Shown: positions 1 to 7,977 of the stretch, one piece after another
How the letters are laid out: each line of letters starts with the position of its first letter
How positions within the stretch are numbered: the stretch's first letter is position 1
Source: Erysipelotrichaceae bacterium
GTDB lineage: Bacteria > Bacillota_I > Bacilli_A > Erysipelotrichales > Erysipelotrichaceae
Assembly: GCA_030536365.1 (NCBI GenBank)
Contig: JAUNQE010000001.1
Coordinates: forward strand, 10,137 to 74,136
Direction of reading: 5' to 3'
DNA length: 64,000 bases
The notes under the pieces: model-generated
Databases searched by the model: none
What the model saw: the letters and a program-made list of their open reading frames with translations, nothing else
What the model was told of the DNA's origin: nothing
Made by a program: the position numbers and the translations under genes

Positions 1-452
1 TGGACGAAAAGGCTGTTAACTACCTGATCAAGACACCGGGCGGAAACATCTACCATTCCGGTGACTCCCACTTCTCCATCGGCTTCGCGAAGCACGGTAA
101 GGAACACGATATCGATGTTGCTTTCGGCGCATTCGGTGAAAACCCGATCGGTATCCAGGATAAGATGACATCCGTCGATATCTTAAGAATGGCGGAATCC
201 CTGCGCTGCAAGGTCGTCATCCCGATCCATCACGATATCTGGAGCAACTTCCAGGCAGATACCGAAGAGATCCGTCTCGTTTACGATTTCAAGAAACCGC
301 GCAACAACTACCAGTTCCATCCGTTCTTCTGGCAGGTCGGCGGTCAGTACACCTATCCGCAGGATAAGGACATCATGTACTACCACCATCCGCGTGGATT
401 CGAAGACTGCTTCGAGAACCCGAGAAACGTACCATTCGACTCTGTCTTATAA
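1..452 (+). CDS. ulaG: L-ascorbate-6-phosphate lactonase UlaG-type metallo-beta-lactamase, C-terminal ~150 codons (5' end outside window)
   Basis: Frame 3 is open from the window edge to TAA 450-452. The translation ([38 protein letters not shown]...HHDIWSNFQ...FWQVGG...HPRGFEDCF) is colinear with my recollection of the E. coli UlaG C-terminus. Confidence 0.85.
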   Translation, partial: DEKAVNYLIKTPGGNIYHSGDSHFSIGFAKHGKEHDIDVAFGAFGENPIGIQDKMTSVDILRMAESLRCKVVIPIHHDIWSNFQADTEEIRLVYDFKKPRNNYQFHPFFWQVGGQYTYPQDKDIMYYHHPRGFEDCFENPRNVPFDSVL

Positions 453-464
453 GGAGCTTCTCCT

Positions 465-1268
465 ATGGCATTGATCGATGTAAAGTTATTCTCGACAACG
501 TTATTTACCAATACGGACATCCGGGTCGTCTTACCGACCCCGGATGAGCCGTTCAAACCGGACGCAAAACCTTACTATAAGGGAAAGAAATACCAGGTCC
601 TCTATCTTCTTCACGGTATGCACGGAGACTGCACCGTGTGGACCAGAAACACCGGTATCGAGCGCTATGCGCAGGAAAAATCCCTCTGTGTCGTCAGCGC
701 GTCCGTAACCAACAGCTGCTATCTGGATATGGTTCACGGCGGCAAGTTCATGACCTATATGCTCGATGAACTGCCGAAGTTTATCAATTCCACTTTCCCG
801 GTCTCAACCAGAAGAGAGGATACCTTCATCGCCGGTCTTTCGATGGGTGGTTACGGTACCTTCCGTCTGATGGGCGAGAAACCGGAAATGTTCGGCGCAG
901 CAGCCAGCCTCTCCGGCGGTCTTGATCTGACCGCACGCGAGGAAACTGGCACCTTCAAGGGTGGTCCGAGTTCCAGAATGCCGATGGAAGATATCATCGG
1001 CGACAGACAGATCAAAGGCAGTGACGATGATCTCTTCACGCTGCTGCCGCGTCTGCACAAGGAAGGAAGACTCCCGAAACTCTACCAGTGCTGCGGTACC
1101 GAAGACTTCTTATATGAAGTGAACACGCGTTTCCGCGATGCCATGCTTGCTGAAGGCATCGATTTGACCTACGAGGAATCCCCGGGAATTCATAACTGGG
1201 ATTACTGGGATCCGGCGATCCGCCGGGTGCTTGAGTGGCTGCCACTGGCCGGAACGCTTGTTGATTGA
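465..1268 (+). CDS. alpha/beta-hydrolase esterase (esterase D / putative esterase family)
   Basis: 267 aa; AAGGAG RBS at 451-456; GLSMGG nucleophile elbow; LLHG oxyanion-type motif near the N-terminus. Confidence 0.8.
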   Translation: MALIDVKLFSTTLFTNTDIRVVLPTPDEPFKPDAKPYYKGKKYQVLYLLHGMHGDCTVWTRNTGIERYAQEKSLCVVSASVTNSCYLDMVHGGKFMTYMLDELPKFINSTFPVSTRREDTFIAGLSMGGYGTFRLMGEKPEMFGAAASLSGGLDLTAREETGTFKGGPSSRMPMEDIIGDRQIKGSDDDLFTLLPRLHKEGRLPKLYQCCGTEDFLYEVNTRFRDAMLAEGIDLTYEESPGIHNWDYWDPAIRRVLEWLPLAGTLVD

Positions 1269-1276
1269 TCAAGCTC

Positions 1277-1298
1277 AGGCCGCGGTAGACCGCGGCCT
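1277..1298 (+). other. GC-rich intergenic stem-loop (9-bp stem, no U-tract)
   Basis: AGGCCGCGG-taga-CCGCGGCCT lies between the esterase stop and the aldolase-family start. It could be a transcript boundary, a stabiliser or a weak terminator. Confidence 0.4.
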
Positions 1299-1318
1299 TC
1301 GTAATGAAATAAGGAACT

Positions 1319-1930
1319 ATGAACAGTATTGAATTTATTAAAGCAAAGAACGACTTCCTCGCCGCTGCGCAAAGAACTTATGAAAGCGGCATCCAGACCG
1401 GTACCGGCGGAAACCTGAGCACCAGGATCCCGGGAACGGAACTGATGATCGTAAAGCCGAGCGGCTTCACCTACGGCAGCTGCACGGAAGACAATCTCTG
1501 CATCACGGATTTTGACGGCAATCTCGTTGAAGGAAAGTTCAAACCGACCAGAGAATGCACATTGCACGGAAATCTGTATAAACGCTATCCGGAGATCGGC
1601 GGTATCGTCCATACCCACAGTGTCTATTCGATCCTCGTCTCCATGTATTTCGAACAGCTCGACCTGGTCACGCTGCACACCGAACTGAAGTTCAAGGTAC
1701 CGATGCCGGTCGTTGATGTCACAACACAGTCTGTTACACCGGAAGAACTTCCGAAAGTCTTCGCCGCGATCGATGCCAACCCGGGCATCATGGGCTTCCT
1801 GCTCAAACGTCACGGACTCGTCGCTATGGACAAAACAGCTGTCAAAGCCGGTCAGACCGCGGAGCTGATCGAAGAAACTGCTCAGATCCTCTGGGAAAAG
1901 CGTAAAATGGATCTGCTGCTTGGGAAATAA
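1319..1930 (+). CDS. class II aldolase/adducin-family protein (copy 1)
   Basis: 203 aa with GGNLS, PTRE..LH, VHTHS (metal His pair) and KRHGLVAM (third His). This is the family of FucA/AraD/UlaF/OtnC. Confidence 0.85.
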   Translation: MNSIEFIKAKNDFLAAAQRTYESGIQTGTGGNLSTRIPGTELMIVKPSGFTYGSCTEDNLCITDFDGNLVEGKFKPTRECTLHGNLYKRYPEIGGIVHTHSVYSILVSMYFEQLDLVTLHTELKFKVPMPVVDVTTQSVTPEELPKVFAAIDANPGIMGFLLKRHGLVAMDKTAVKAGQTAELIEETAQILWEKRKMDLLLGK

Positions 1931-1948
1931 TGCAGGAGGAAATCTATC

Positions 1949-2761
1949 ATGCAGGAATACACAATCACCACTCTGAACACAGGTATCGTTACTGCCAGTA
2001 AGAAAAACTATCTCTATCACAACACAACCCATAAGTACTATTTACAGCCTGGCGAAGACGACACTGCTTATCTGCCGGTAGCCTGCTTCTACATCGAAGG
2101 CAACGGCAAGAAAATCATGGTCGATACGGGCATGTCTTCCACCGAGATCGCTAACAAATACCATCATCCGGGTTCCACCCAGAGCGAAGATCAGATCGTT
2201 ACCAACCAGCTGAAGGCGATCGGTGTTGATCCTTCCGAGATCACCGATATCATCTTCACCCATCTTCACTGGGACCATGTCTACTATCTGAGCGAATTCC
2301 CGAACGCAAAACTGTATGTTCAGCGCAAGGAATACGAATACGCCAAGAACCCGATCCCGCTCTACTACAAGAGCTATGAAGATCCGCGTCTGAATATCGA
2401 ACCGCGTATCCATCCGCAGTGGGAAGGCCGCGAATTCGTCCTGCTCGATGGCGAAGCTGAGATCTTTGACGGCATCAGCGTTTATCCGACACCGGGTCAT
2501 TCCGTAGGCCATCAGAACGTTGTCGTTCATACCAAGAAGGGTGACTACCATTTAGCCGGCGACCTGATCTTCACACTGGATAACCTCAAGTCCGTTCCGG
2601 AGATCGGTTACGAGATCACACCGCCGTCCCGTTTCGTCAACATCAACGAGACCTGGAACAGTATCGTTGAACTGAAGCACCGCGCTGCCGGTCCGGAATT
2701 TGTCCTCTGTGCCCATGCACCGGAGATGCTCGAACTCGTAGGCAAGAAACTCGGCGAATAA
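1949..2761 (+). CDS. MBL-fold hydrolase, N-acyl-homoserine-lactonase (AiiA)-like lactonase family (copy 1)
   Basis: 270 aa; AGGAGG RBS; HLHWDH (HxHxDH) motif and a downstream TPGHSVGH. Confidence 0.85.
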   Translation: MQEYTITTLNTGIVTASKKNYLYHNTTHKYYLQPGEDDTAYLPVACFYIEGNGKKIMVDTGMSSTEIANKYHHPGSTQSEDQIVTNQLKAIGVDPSEITDIIFTHLHWDHVYYLSEFPNAKLYVQRKEYEYAKNPIPLYYKSYEDPRLNIEPRIHPQWEGREFVLLDGEAEIFDGISVYPTPGHSVGHQNVVVHTKKGDYHLAGDLIFTLDNLKSVPEIGYEITPPSRFVNINETWNSIVELKHRAAGPEFVLCAHAPEMLELVGKKLGE

Positions 2762-2763
2762 AA

Positions 2764-4002
2764 ATGAAAACAGTTGCGATTTTAGAATCTCTGGACACCA
2801 AGCTGGAAGAATCTCTTTTCGCAGCGGAAATGATCAATAAGCAGGGTCTCAACACCCTGCTTATTGATAACAGCACCTGGAACCTGGATGTGGGGAAGGG
2901 TGACATCCAACCGCTCGAAGTCTTGCGATATGCTTCCCTGGACCGGGATTCCTTCTCAAAGCTGAATAAACCGGAAAAGATCGCGGCCATGACTTCCGGT
3001 CTTGTGAAGCTCGTCGGTGAGCTTTATAAAGAAGGAAAGATCGATGGCATCATGTCTGTCGGCGGCGGCCAGAACGGTGCGATGGCGGCTCCGGTCATGA
3101 AGGCTCTGCCATTCGGTTTCCCGAAAGTCCTCTCTTCCGCGCTTGCCTGCGGAAGCCGTGAGATGGAGCAGTTTGTCGGCGAAAAGGATATCTTTGTCGT
3201 ACCGACGGTCGCGGATATCGCCGGACTCAACCCGATCACCAAGACGCTGATCCGTTCTGTCTGCGCAGCGATCACCGGACTTGTTAAATATGGCGAAGTC
3301 TATCATCAGACCGGCGATCATAAGATCATCGCGGCGACGATGCTTGGTGAAACCACAAAAGGTACGACAGAATCCCTGCGTCTGATCACCGAAGGCACCG
3401 ATTACGAAACCGTCGTTTTCCATGCCAATGGTGTCGGCGGACGCTGTATGGAATCTTTGATCGAAGAGGGACAGATCAACGCGGTCCTCGATTACACGAC
3501 CCATGAGATCGTCTGCGAACTCTTCGGCGGCTATTGTTCCGGCGCCAAGAACCGTCTTCTGAAATCTCTCGAATACGAGCTCCCGACCCTGGTCGTCCCG
3601 GGCGGTCTCGATATGAACGATTATTATAATGAAGAGACCGGCGCTTTCCTGCCGGCGGACTTCAAAGAACGCAAGTCGATCCTGCATAACCAGAACATCT
3701 GGCATTCCAAGATCGTTCCTGCGGAAGCGGAAAAACTCGTCGATACCGTCTGTGAAAGACTGGCGACCGCGAAAAAACCGGTCACGCTCGTCGTGCCGAC
3801 AAAAGGCGCCTGCCAGACGACTTCCTGGGGTGGACCGATCGCCGATCCCGCGATCGATGCGCTGATGGTCGAAAGATTCAGGGAAAAAGTCGCTCCCAAC
3901 ACGAAGCTCGTCGTTGTTGACGCGACAGTCAATGATCCGGAATTTGCCAAAGTCGTGGCGAATGAGTTTAAATTATTATTGGAAGCCTACGGCTGGAAAT
4001 AG
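2764..4002 (+). CDS. UPF0261 / Tm-1-like ATP-binding domain protein (copy 1)
   Basis: 412 aa. The N-terminal MKTVAILESLDTK.. and the motifs GFPKV, VGEKD and FHANGVGG are as I recall for PF06792-type proteins. The start lies 2 nt after the upstream stop. Confidence 0.8.
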   Translation: MKTVAILESLDTKLEESLFAAEMINKQGLNTLLIDNSTWNLDVGKGDIQPLEVLRYASLDRDSFSKLNKPEKIAAMTSGLVKLVGELYKEGKIDGIMSVGGGQNGAMAAPVMKALPFGFPKVLSSALACGSREMEQFVGEKDIFVVPTVADIAGLNPITKTLIRSVCAAITGLVKYGEVYHQTGDHKIIAATMLGETTKGTTESLRLITEGTDYETVVFHANGVGGRCMESLIEEGQINAVLDYTTHEIVCELFGGYCSGAKNRLLKSLEYELPTLVVPGGLDMNDYYNEETGAFLPADFKERKSILHNQNIWHSKIVPAEAEKLVDTVCERLATAKKPVTLVVPTKGACQTTSWGGPIADPAIDALMVERFREKVAPNTKLVVVDATVNDPEFAKVVANEFKLLLEAYGWK

Positions 4003-4013
4003 AGGTAAGAATT

Positions 4014-5285
4014 ATGGATGAAAAAGGATTCATGCTGCCGGAGACCGCACATAAGAAAGATGTGGTCGTAGCGACATACTATATCGAACTTCCGGTGGAA
4101 GTTGACATCATCAAGAAAGCGGAATCGCTGGCTGTCGGCCAGACGATCGGCACCTGGGTCCCGATTCCGGGCATCACCGAAGAGATTCGCGAGAAATACA
4201 TGGGAAAAGTCGTCAATATCTTCGAGGTACCGCCGACAGAACTCTCTGTATACGAAGGTGAGAAGATGGCGTATCTGATCCAGATCGCTTATCCGACCGC
4301 GAACTTCGGCAGTGATTTCCCGCTGATGATCACTTCACTTCTTGGAAACGACGCTTCCACGAGCGCGCAGGTCAAGCTGATGGACATCGAATTCAGCGAT
4401 GCCTTCCTGAGCCGTTTCAAGGGCCCGCGCTACGGTGTTGAAGGCGTGCAGAAACTCTTTGGTGTGAAGGAAAGACCGCTGCTTCTCAATATGGTCAAAC
4501 CCTGCACCGGTATCTCTCCGGAAGCCGGCGCCAATATCTTCTACGAAGCCGCTTTAGGCGGAGTCGATATCATCAAGGATGACGAGCTCTTCGGCAACCC
4601 GGTCTATTCCAAGCCGGAAGACCGTGTAAAAGCCTACAAGGCCGCAGCCCGCAAGGCAGCCGAAAAGACCGGTAAGGAAACGAAATACTTCGTCAATATC
4701 ACCGGCGGCGTATCCGAACTGAAAAAGAACATCCGCAAGGTCGAGGAAGCCGGAGCAGACGGTCTGATGGTCAACTTCGCGGTCCTGGGTTACAGCACCC
4801 TGAAGTACATCGCCGAGAATACCAGACTGCCGATCCTCGGTCACTCTGCCGGTGCCGGCATGGTCACCGAAGGTCCGCTGAACGGCATGGCAACACCGCT
4901 TGCGGTAGGCAAGCTCGCCCGTATCGCCGGCGCGGATATCGTCATGATGAATACGCCTTACGGCGGTTACCCGCTGCGCAAGCAGAAATATCTGCAGATC
5001 ATCCAGCAGCTGACACTCCCCTTAGGAAAGATCAAAGCCACGATGCCCAGCATCGGCGGCGGCGTCCATCCGGGAATCGTCAAACGCTACATCAATGAAG
5101 CCGGAAAGAATATCGTCCTGGCGGCAGGCGGCTCAATCCAGGGTCACCCGTTAGGAACGACAGCCGGCGCCAAAGCGATGCAGCAGGCGATCGACCTGGC
5201 TCTGCAGGATGTTGATTTCTGCGAAGCAGCCAAGGCATATCCGGAGCTGAGCGCCTCGCTCGACAAATGGGGCTACGTGAAATAG
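4014..5285 (+). CDS. RuBisCO large-subunit-like protein (form IV RLP)
   Basis: 423 aa. Motifs seen: IGTW, LLGN, VKPCTG, GGVDIIKDDE (K-D-D-E at nt 4575-4586), GHSAG, VGKL, SIGGGVH, AAGGSIQGHP. Confidence 0.9.
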   Translation: MDEKGFMLPETAHKKDVVVATYYIELPVEVDIIKKAESLAVGQTIGTWVPIPGITEEIREKYMGKVVNIFEVPPTELSVYEGEKMAYLIQIAYPTANFGSDFPLMITSLLGNDASTSAQVKLMDIEFSDAFLSRFKGPRYGVEGVQKLFGVKERPLLLNMVKPCTGISPEAGANIFYEAALGGVDIIKDDELFGNPVYSKPEDRVKAYKAAARKAAEKTGKETKYFVNITGGVSELKKNIRKVEEAGADGLMVNFAVLGYSTLKYIAENTRLPILGHSAGAGMVTEGPLNGMATPLAVGKLARIAGADIVMMNTPYGGYPLRKQKYLQIIQQLTLPLGKIKATMPSIGGGVHPGIVKRYINEAGKNIVLAAGGSIQGHPLGTTAGAKAMQQAIDLALQDVDFCEAAKAYPELSASLDKWGYVK

Positions 5286-5316
5286 ACCTATTCTTTGTAC
5301 AATTGCCTGATGAACA

Positions 5317-5359
5317 AAACCTGACAACGCGCCATAATAGCATTGTCAGGTTTTTATTT
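5317..5359 (+). terminator. rho-independent terminator after the RLP gene
   Basis: AAACCTGACAA - 15-nt loop - TTGTCAGGTTT, followed by TTTTATTT. Confidence 0.7.
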
Positions 5360-5370
5360 GGGGGAAGAAT

Positions 5371-6681
5371 ATGAAAAACAAAATGAATATGAGTGATCTG
5401 ATCCGGCGCAGCCTCTTACTGATAACAGGACTGTTCATCCTTTCCTGCGGTATCGCGCTGTCCGCCCGTTCGGGACTCGGTGTTTCACCATCCGCCTCGC
5501 TTGCCTATGTACTGAGCCAGATCTTCCCGCTTTCCATGGGCAACTTCAACACACTGATCAATGTAGTATTCGTGGTCATTCAGATCATTTTGCTGGGAAA
5601 AGCCTTCAAGCCGACCCGCTTTCTGCAGCTTCTGGCAGTCGTGATCTTTGGTTTCTTCATCGACTTCGCGAACACACTGTTCGCTTCGGTAACGCCCGCA
5701 AACTACGCCATGGCAGTTATCATGGCAGTCGTTGCCTGCGCGCTAGACGGCATCGGCGTCTTCTTCGAGGTCAAGGCAAACCTGCTGACGATGGCTTCGG
5801 AAGGCGCGATCTCGGTCATCTCCCAGAAGATCAATCAGGAATTCGGCAAGGTCAAGATCATGGTCGATTTCATTATGATCGCGATGACCACAGTGATCTC
5901 CCTGGTCGTTTTCCATAAACTGGAAGCCGTCCGTGAAGGAACGATATTGGCCGCGGTGCTCGTCGGTTTCTTTGTCGGCGTCTTCTCCCGTATCCTGAAC
6001 AAACCGGTCGATGCCTTCTTAGGCATCCGCACAAGGAAGACCACAGTTCCGGCAGAAGAGATCCCGTCCATGCCGCACGTTATCACGATCGAGCGCGAGC
6101 TTGGTTCCGGCGGTCATCGTATCGGCGAGATCCTGGCCGAAAAGCTCGGCTATGCTTTCTATGATTACGCTCTGCTTACCGAAACAGCCGCCAAGATGGG
6201 GCTGACAGTCGACGAAGTCAGCAAGGTCGAGGAGCGTAACTCCAACTCACTGCTTTATTCCTTATACCAGCAGTCCTACGTCTATTCCCAGAACCCGTCA
6301 CGGCAGCAGAAAGTCTTCGACGCGCAGTCGCAGATCATCCGCGAGATCGCCGCGAAGGAGAACTGTGTCATCGTCGGCCGTCTGGGCGCCTATGTCCTGA
6401 AGGACCGTCCGCATACCTTTGACCTTTTCGTCAGCGCCAAGCTGGAAGAAAGGGCAAAACGCTTTGCGCAGCAGAACAGCATGGATGAGAAGGAAGCGAT
6501 CGAATATGTCCGCCGCGAGGACGAATTCCGCAAGAACTACTCTTTGCAGATCACCGGCGAGACCTGGGGCATGGCCCAGCATTATGACCTCTGCGTCCGT
6601 ACCGACGAGATCGGTATCGAAGAATCTGCCGAGATGGCATTAAAGATGATCCGCGACGTTCTCGACAAGCGCGCGGCCTGA
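5371..6681 (+). CDS. fusion protein: N-terminal polytopic membrane domain (YczE/YitT-like) plus C-terminal cytidylate-kinase-like (AAA_33-type) domain
   Basis: 436 aa. The first ~215 residues are hydrophobic helices. The C-terminal half starts ITIERELGSGGHRIGEILAEKLGYAFYD, a P-loop-like GSGG that matches the 'cytidylate kinase-like family' as I recall it. Confidence 0.7.
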   Translation: MKNKMNMSDLIRRSLLLITGLFILSCGIALSARSGLGVSPSASLAYVLSQIFPLSMGNFNTLINVVFVVIQIILLGKAFKPTRFLQLLAVVIFGFFIDFANTLFASVTPANYAMAVIMAVVACALDGIGVFFEVKANLLTMASEGAISVISQKINQEFGKVKIMVDFIMIAMTTVISLVVFHKLEAVREGTILAAVLVGFFVGVFSRILNKPVDAFLGIRTRKTTVPAEEIPSMPHVITIERELGSGGHRIGEILAEKLGYAFYDYALLTETAAKMGLTVDEVSKVEERNSNSLLYSLYQQSYVYSQNPSRQQKVFDAQSQIIREIAAKENCVIVGRLGAYVLKDRPHTFDLFVSAKLEERAKRFAQQNSMDEKEAIEYVRREDEFRKNYSLQITGETWGMAQHYDLCVRTDEIGIEESAEMALKMIRDVLDKRAA

Positions 6682-6707
6682 TCTGACTACAGACAAACAC
6701 AATTCGA

Positions 6708-6730
6708 GCCCCTGAAAAAGGGGCTTTTTT
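6708..6730 (+). terminator. rho-independent terminator
   Basis: GCCCCT-gaaaa-AGGGGC followed by TTTTTT. Confidence 0.8.
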
Positions 6731-6782
6731 GTGCTTTGCAACAATGTCAAAGAATGGACAATACTATATTATAGTGTTGAAG

Positions 6783-6792
6783 TTGTCGACAA
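6783..6792. promoter_or_regulatory. perfect 10-bp palindrome TTGTCGACAA, candidate GntR/FadR-type operator upstream of the acyl-CoA dehydrogenase operon
   Basis: It lies 34 nt upstream of ATG 6826 and is followed by a related half-site GTTGACAA (6793-6800). It fits the generic GntR-family pattern T.GT..AC.A. Confidence 0.35.
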
Positions 6793-6825
6793 GTTGACAA
6801 AGTAGAAAACGGAGGCTAAAGAAAC

Positions 6826-7968
6826 ATGATTCTCCCGGAGAAATATCAATTGCTGCGAAAGAATTTCCGTAATTTTGCCGAGACCGAATTCACCGACGAG
6901 CTGCAGAAAAAGCTCGATACGGAAGGCGGCTATGAAGCGGAAATGTACCACAAGATGGCCCGTTACGGATTTACGGGGATCAAGATCCCGGTCGAGTACG
7001 GCGGCCAGGGAGGGGACTCCCTCGCCTATGTGCTGATGATCGAGGAATTTGCCCGTGTATGTCCGGTACTGGCGATCTATGCCAATACCCCGAACTCGCT
7101 GGGCGGTGGACCGCTCGTCATGTGCGGGAACGAGGAACAGAAAAAGAAATACCTGCCGGATATCGCGTCCGGCAAGAAGCACATCGTCTTTGCCCTGACC
7201 GAACCGGGCGCCGGTTCCGATGCCGGCGGCACCTTAACGACGGCTGTCGCGGACGGAGACGATTTCATCCTGAACGGAAGAAAGTGCTTTGTATCCGGCG
7301 CGCCGATCGCCGATTATGCGATCATCTATGCCAAGACCGATCTGTCCGCCAAGGGCAGCCGCGGGATCTCGATGTTCATCGTTGATCTCAAACTGCCGGG
7401 GGTCACGATCGGTAAAGCGGAAGCGAAGATGGGTATCAACGGTTACCCGACTTCCGATATCACTCTGGACAATGTCCGTGTCTCCAAGACGGACCTTCTC
7501 GGTCCGCTGAATGACGGTTTCCGGATGGCGATGAAAACACTGGACGGCGGACGTCTGGGGATCTCGGCGCAGGCTCTGGGCCTGGCGCAGGGATGTCTCG
7601 AGGAAGCGATCCGCTACGCCAAGGAACGCAAACAGTTCGGAAAACCGATCGCTGCCAACCAGGGCGTCAGTTTCATGATCGCCGACATGGCGACAGAGAT
7701 CGAAGCAGCCAGAGAGCTGATCTATCAGACAGCGATCGCCAAGGATGCCAATTCCCCGGATTCCTCGATGAAATGCGCGATGTCCAAATACTTCGCGTCC
7801 GAGATGGCAAACCGGGTCGCCTACAAAGCCGTGCAGATCTTCGGCGGCTACGGCTATATCAAAGACTACAAAGTTGAACGTTTCTACCGCGATGCGCGGA
7901 TCATGAGCATCTACGAGGGCACTTCCCAGATCCAGCAGCTGGTCATCGCCAATACGCTCTTGCGCTAG
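6826..7968 (+). CDS. acyl-CoA dehydrogenase (butyryl-CoA dehydrogenase-like, Etf-dependent)
   Basis: 380 aa; GGAGG RBS; motifs LTEPGAGSD, YEGTSQIQ and GGYGY are typical of the ACAD family. Confidence 0.9.
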   Translation: MILPEKYQLLRKNFRNFAETEFTDELQKKLDTEGGYEAEMYHKMARYGFTGIKIPVEYGGQGGDSLAYVLMIEEFARVCPVLAIYANTPNSLGGGPLVMCGNEEQKKKYLPDIASGKKHIVFALTEPGAGSDAGGTLTTAVADGDDFILNGRKCFVSGAPIADYAIIYAKTDLSAKGSRGISMFIVDLKLPGVTIGKAEAKMGINGYPTSDITLDNVRVSKTDLLGPLNDGFRMAMKTLDGGRLGISAQALGLAQGCLEEAIRYAKERKQFGKPIAANQGVSFMIADMATEIEAARELIYQTAIAKDANSPDSSMKCAMSKYFASEMANRVAYKAVQIFGGYGYIKDYKVERFYRDARIMSIYEGTSQIQQLVIANTLLR

Positions 7969-7977
7969 GAGGACGAT

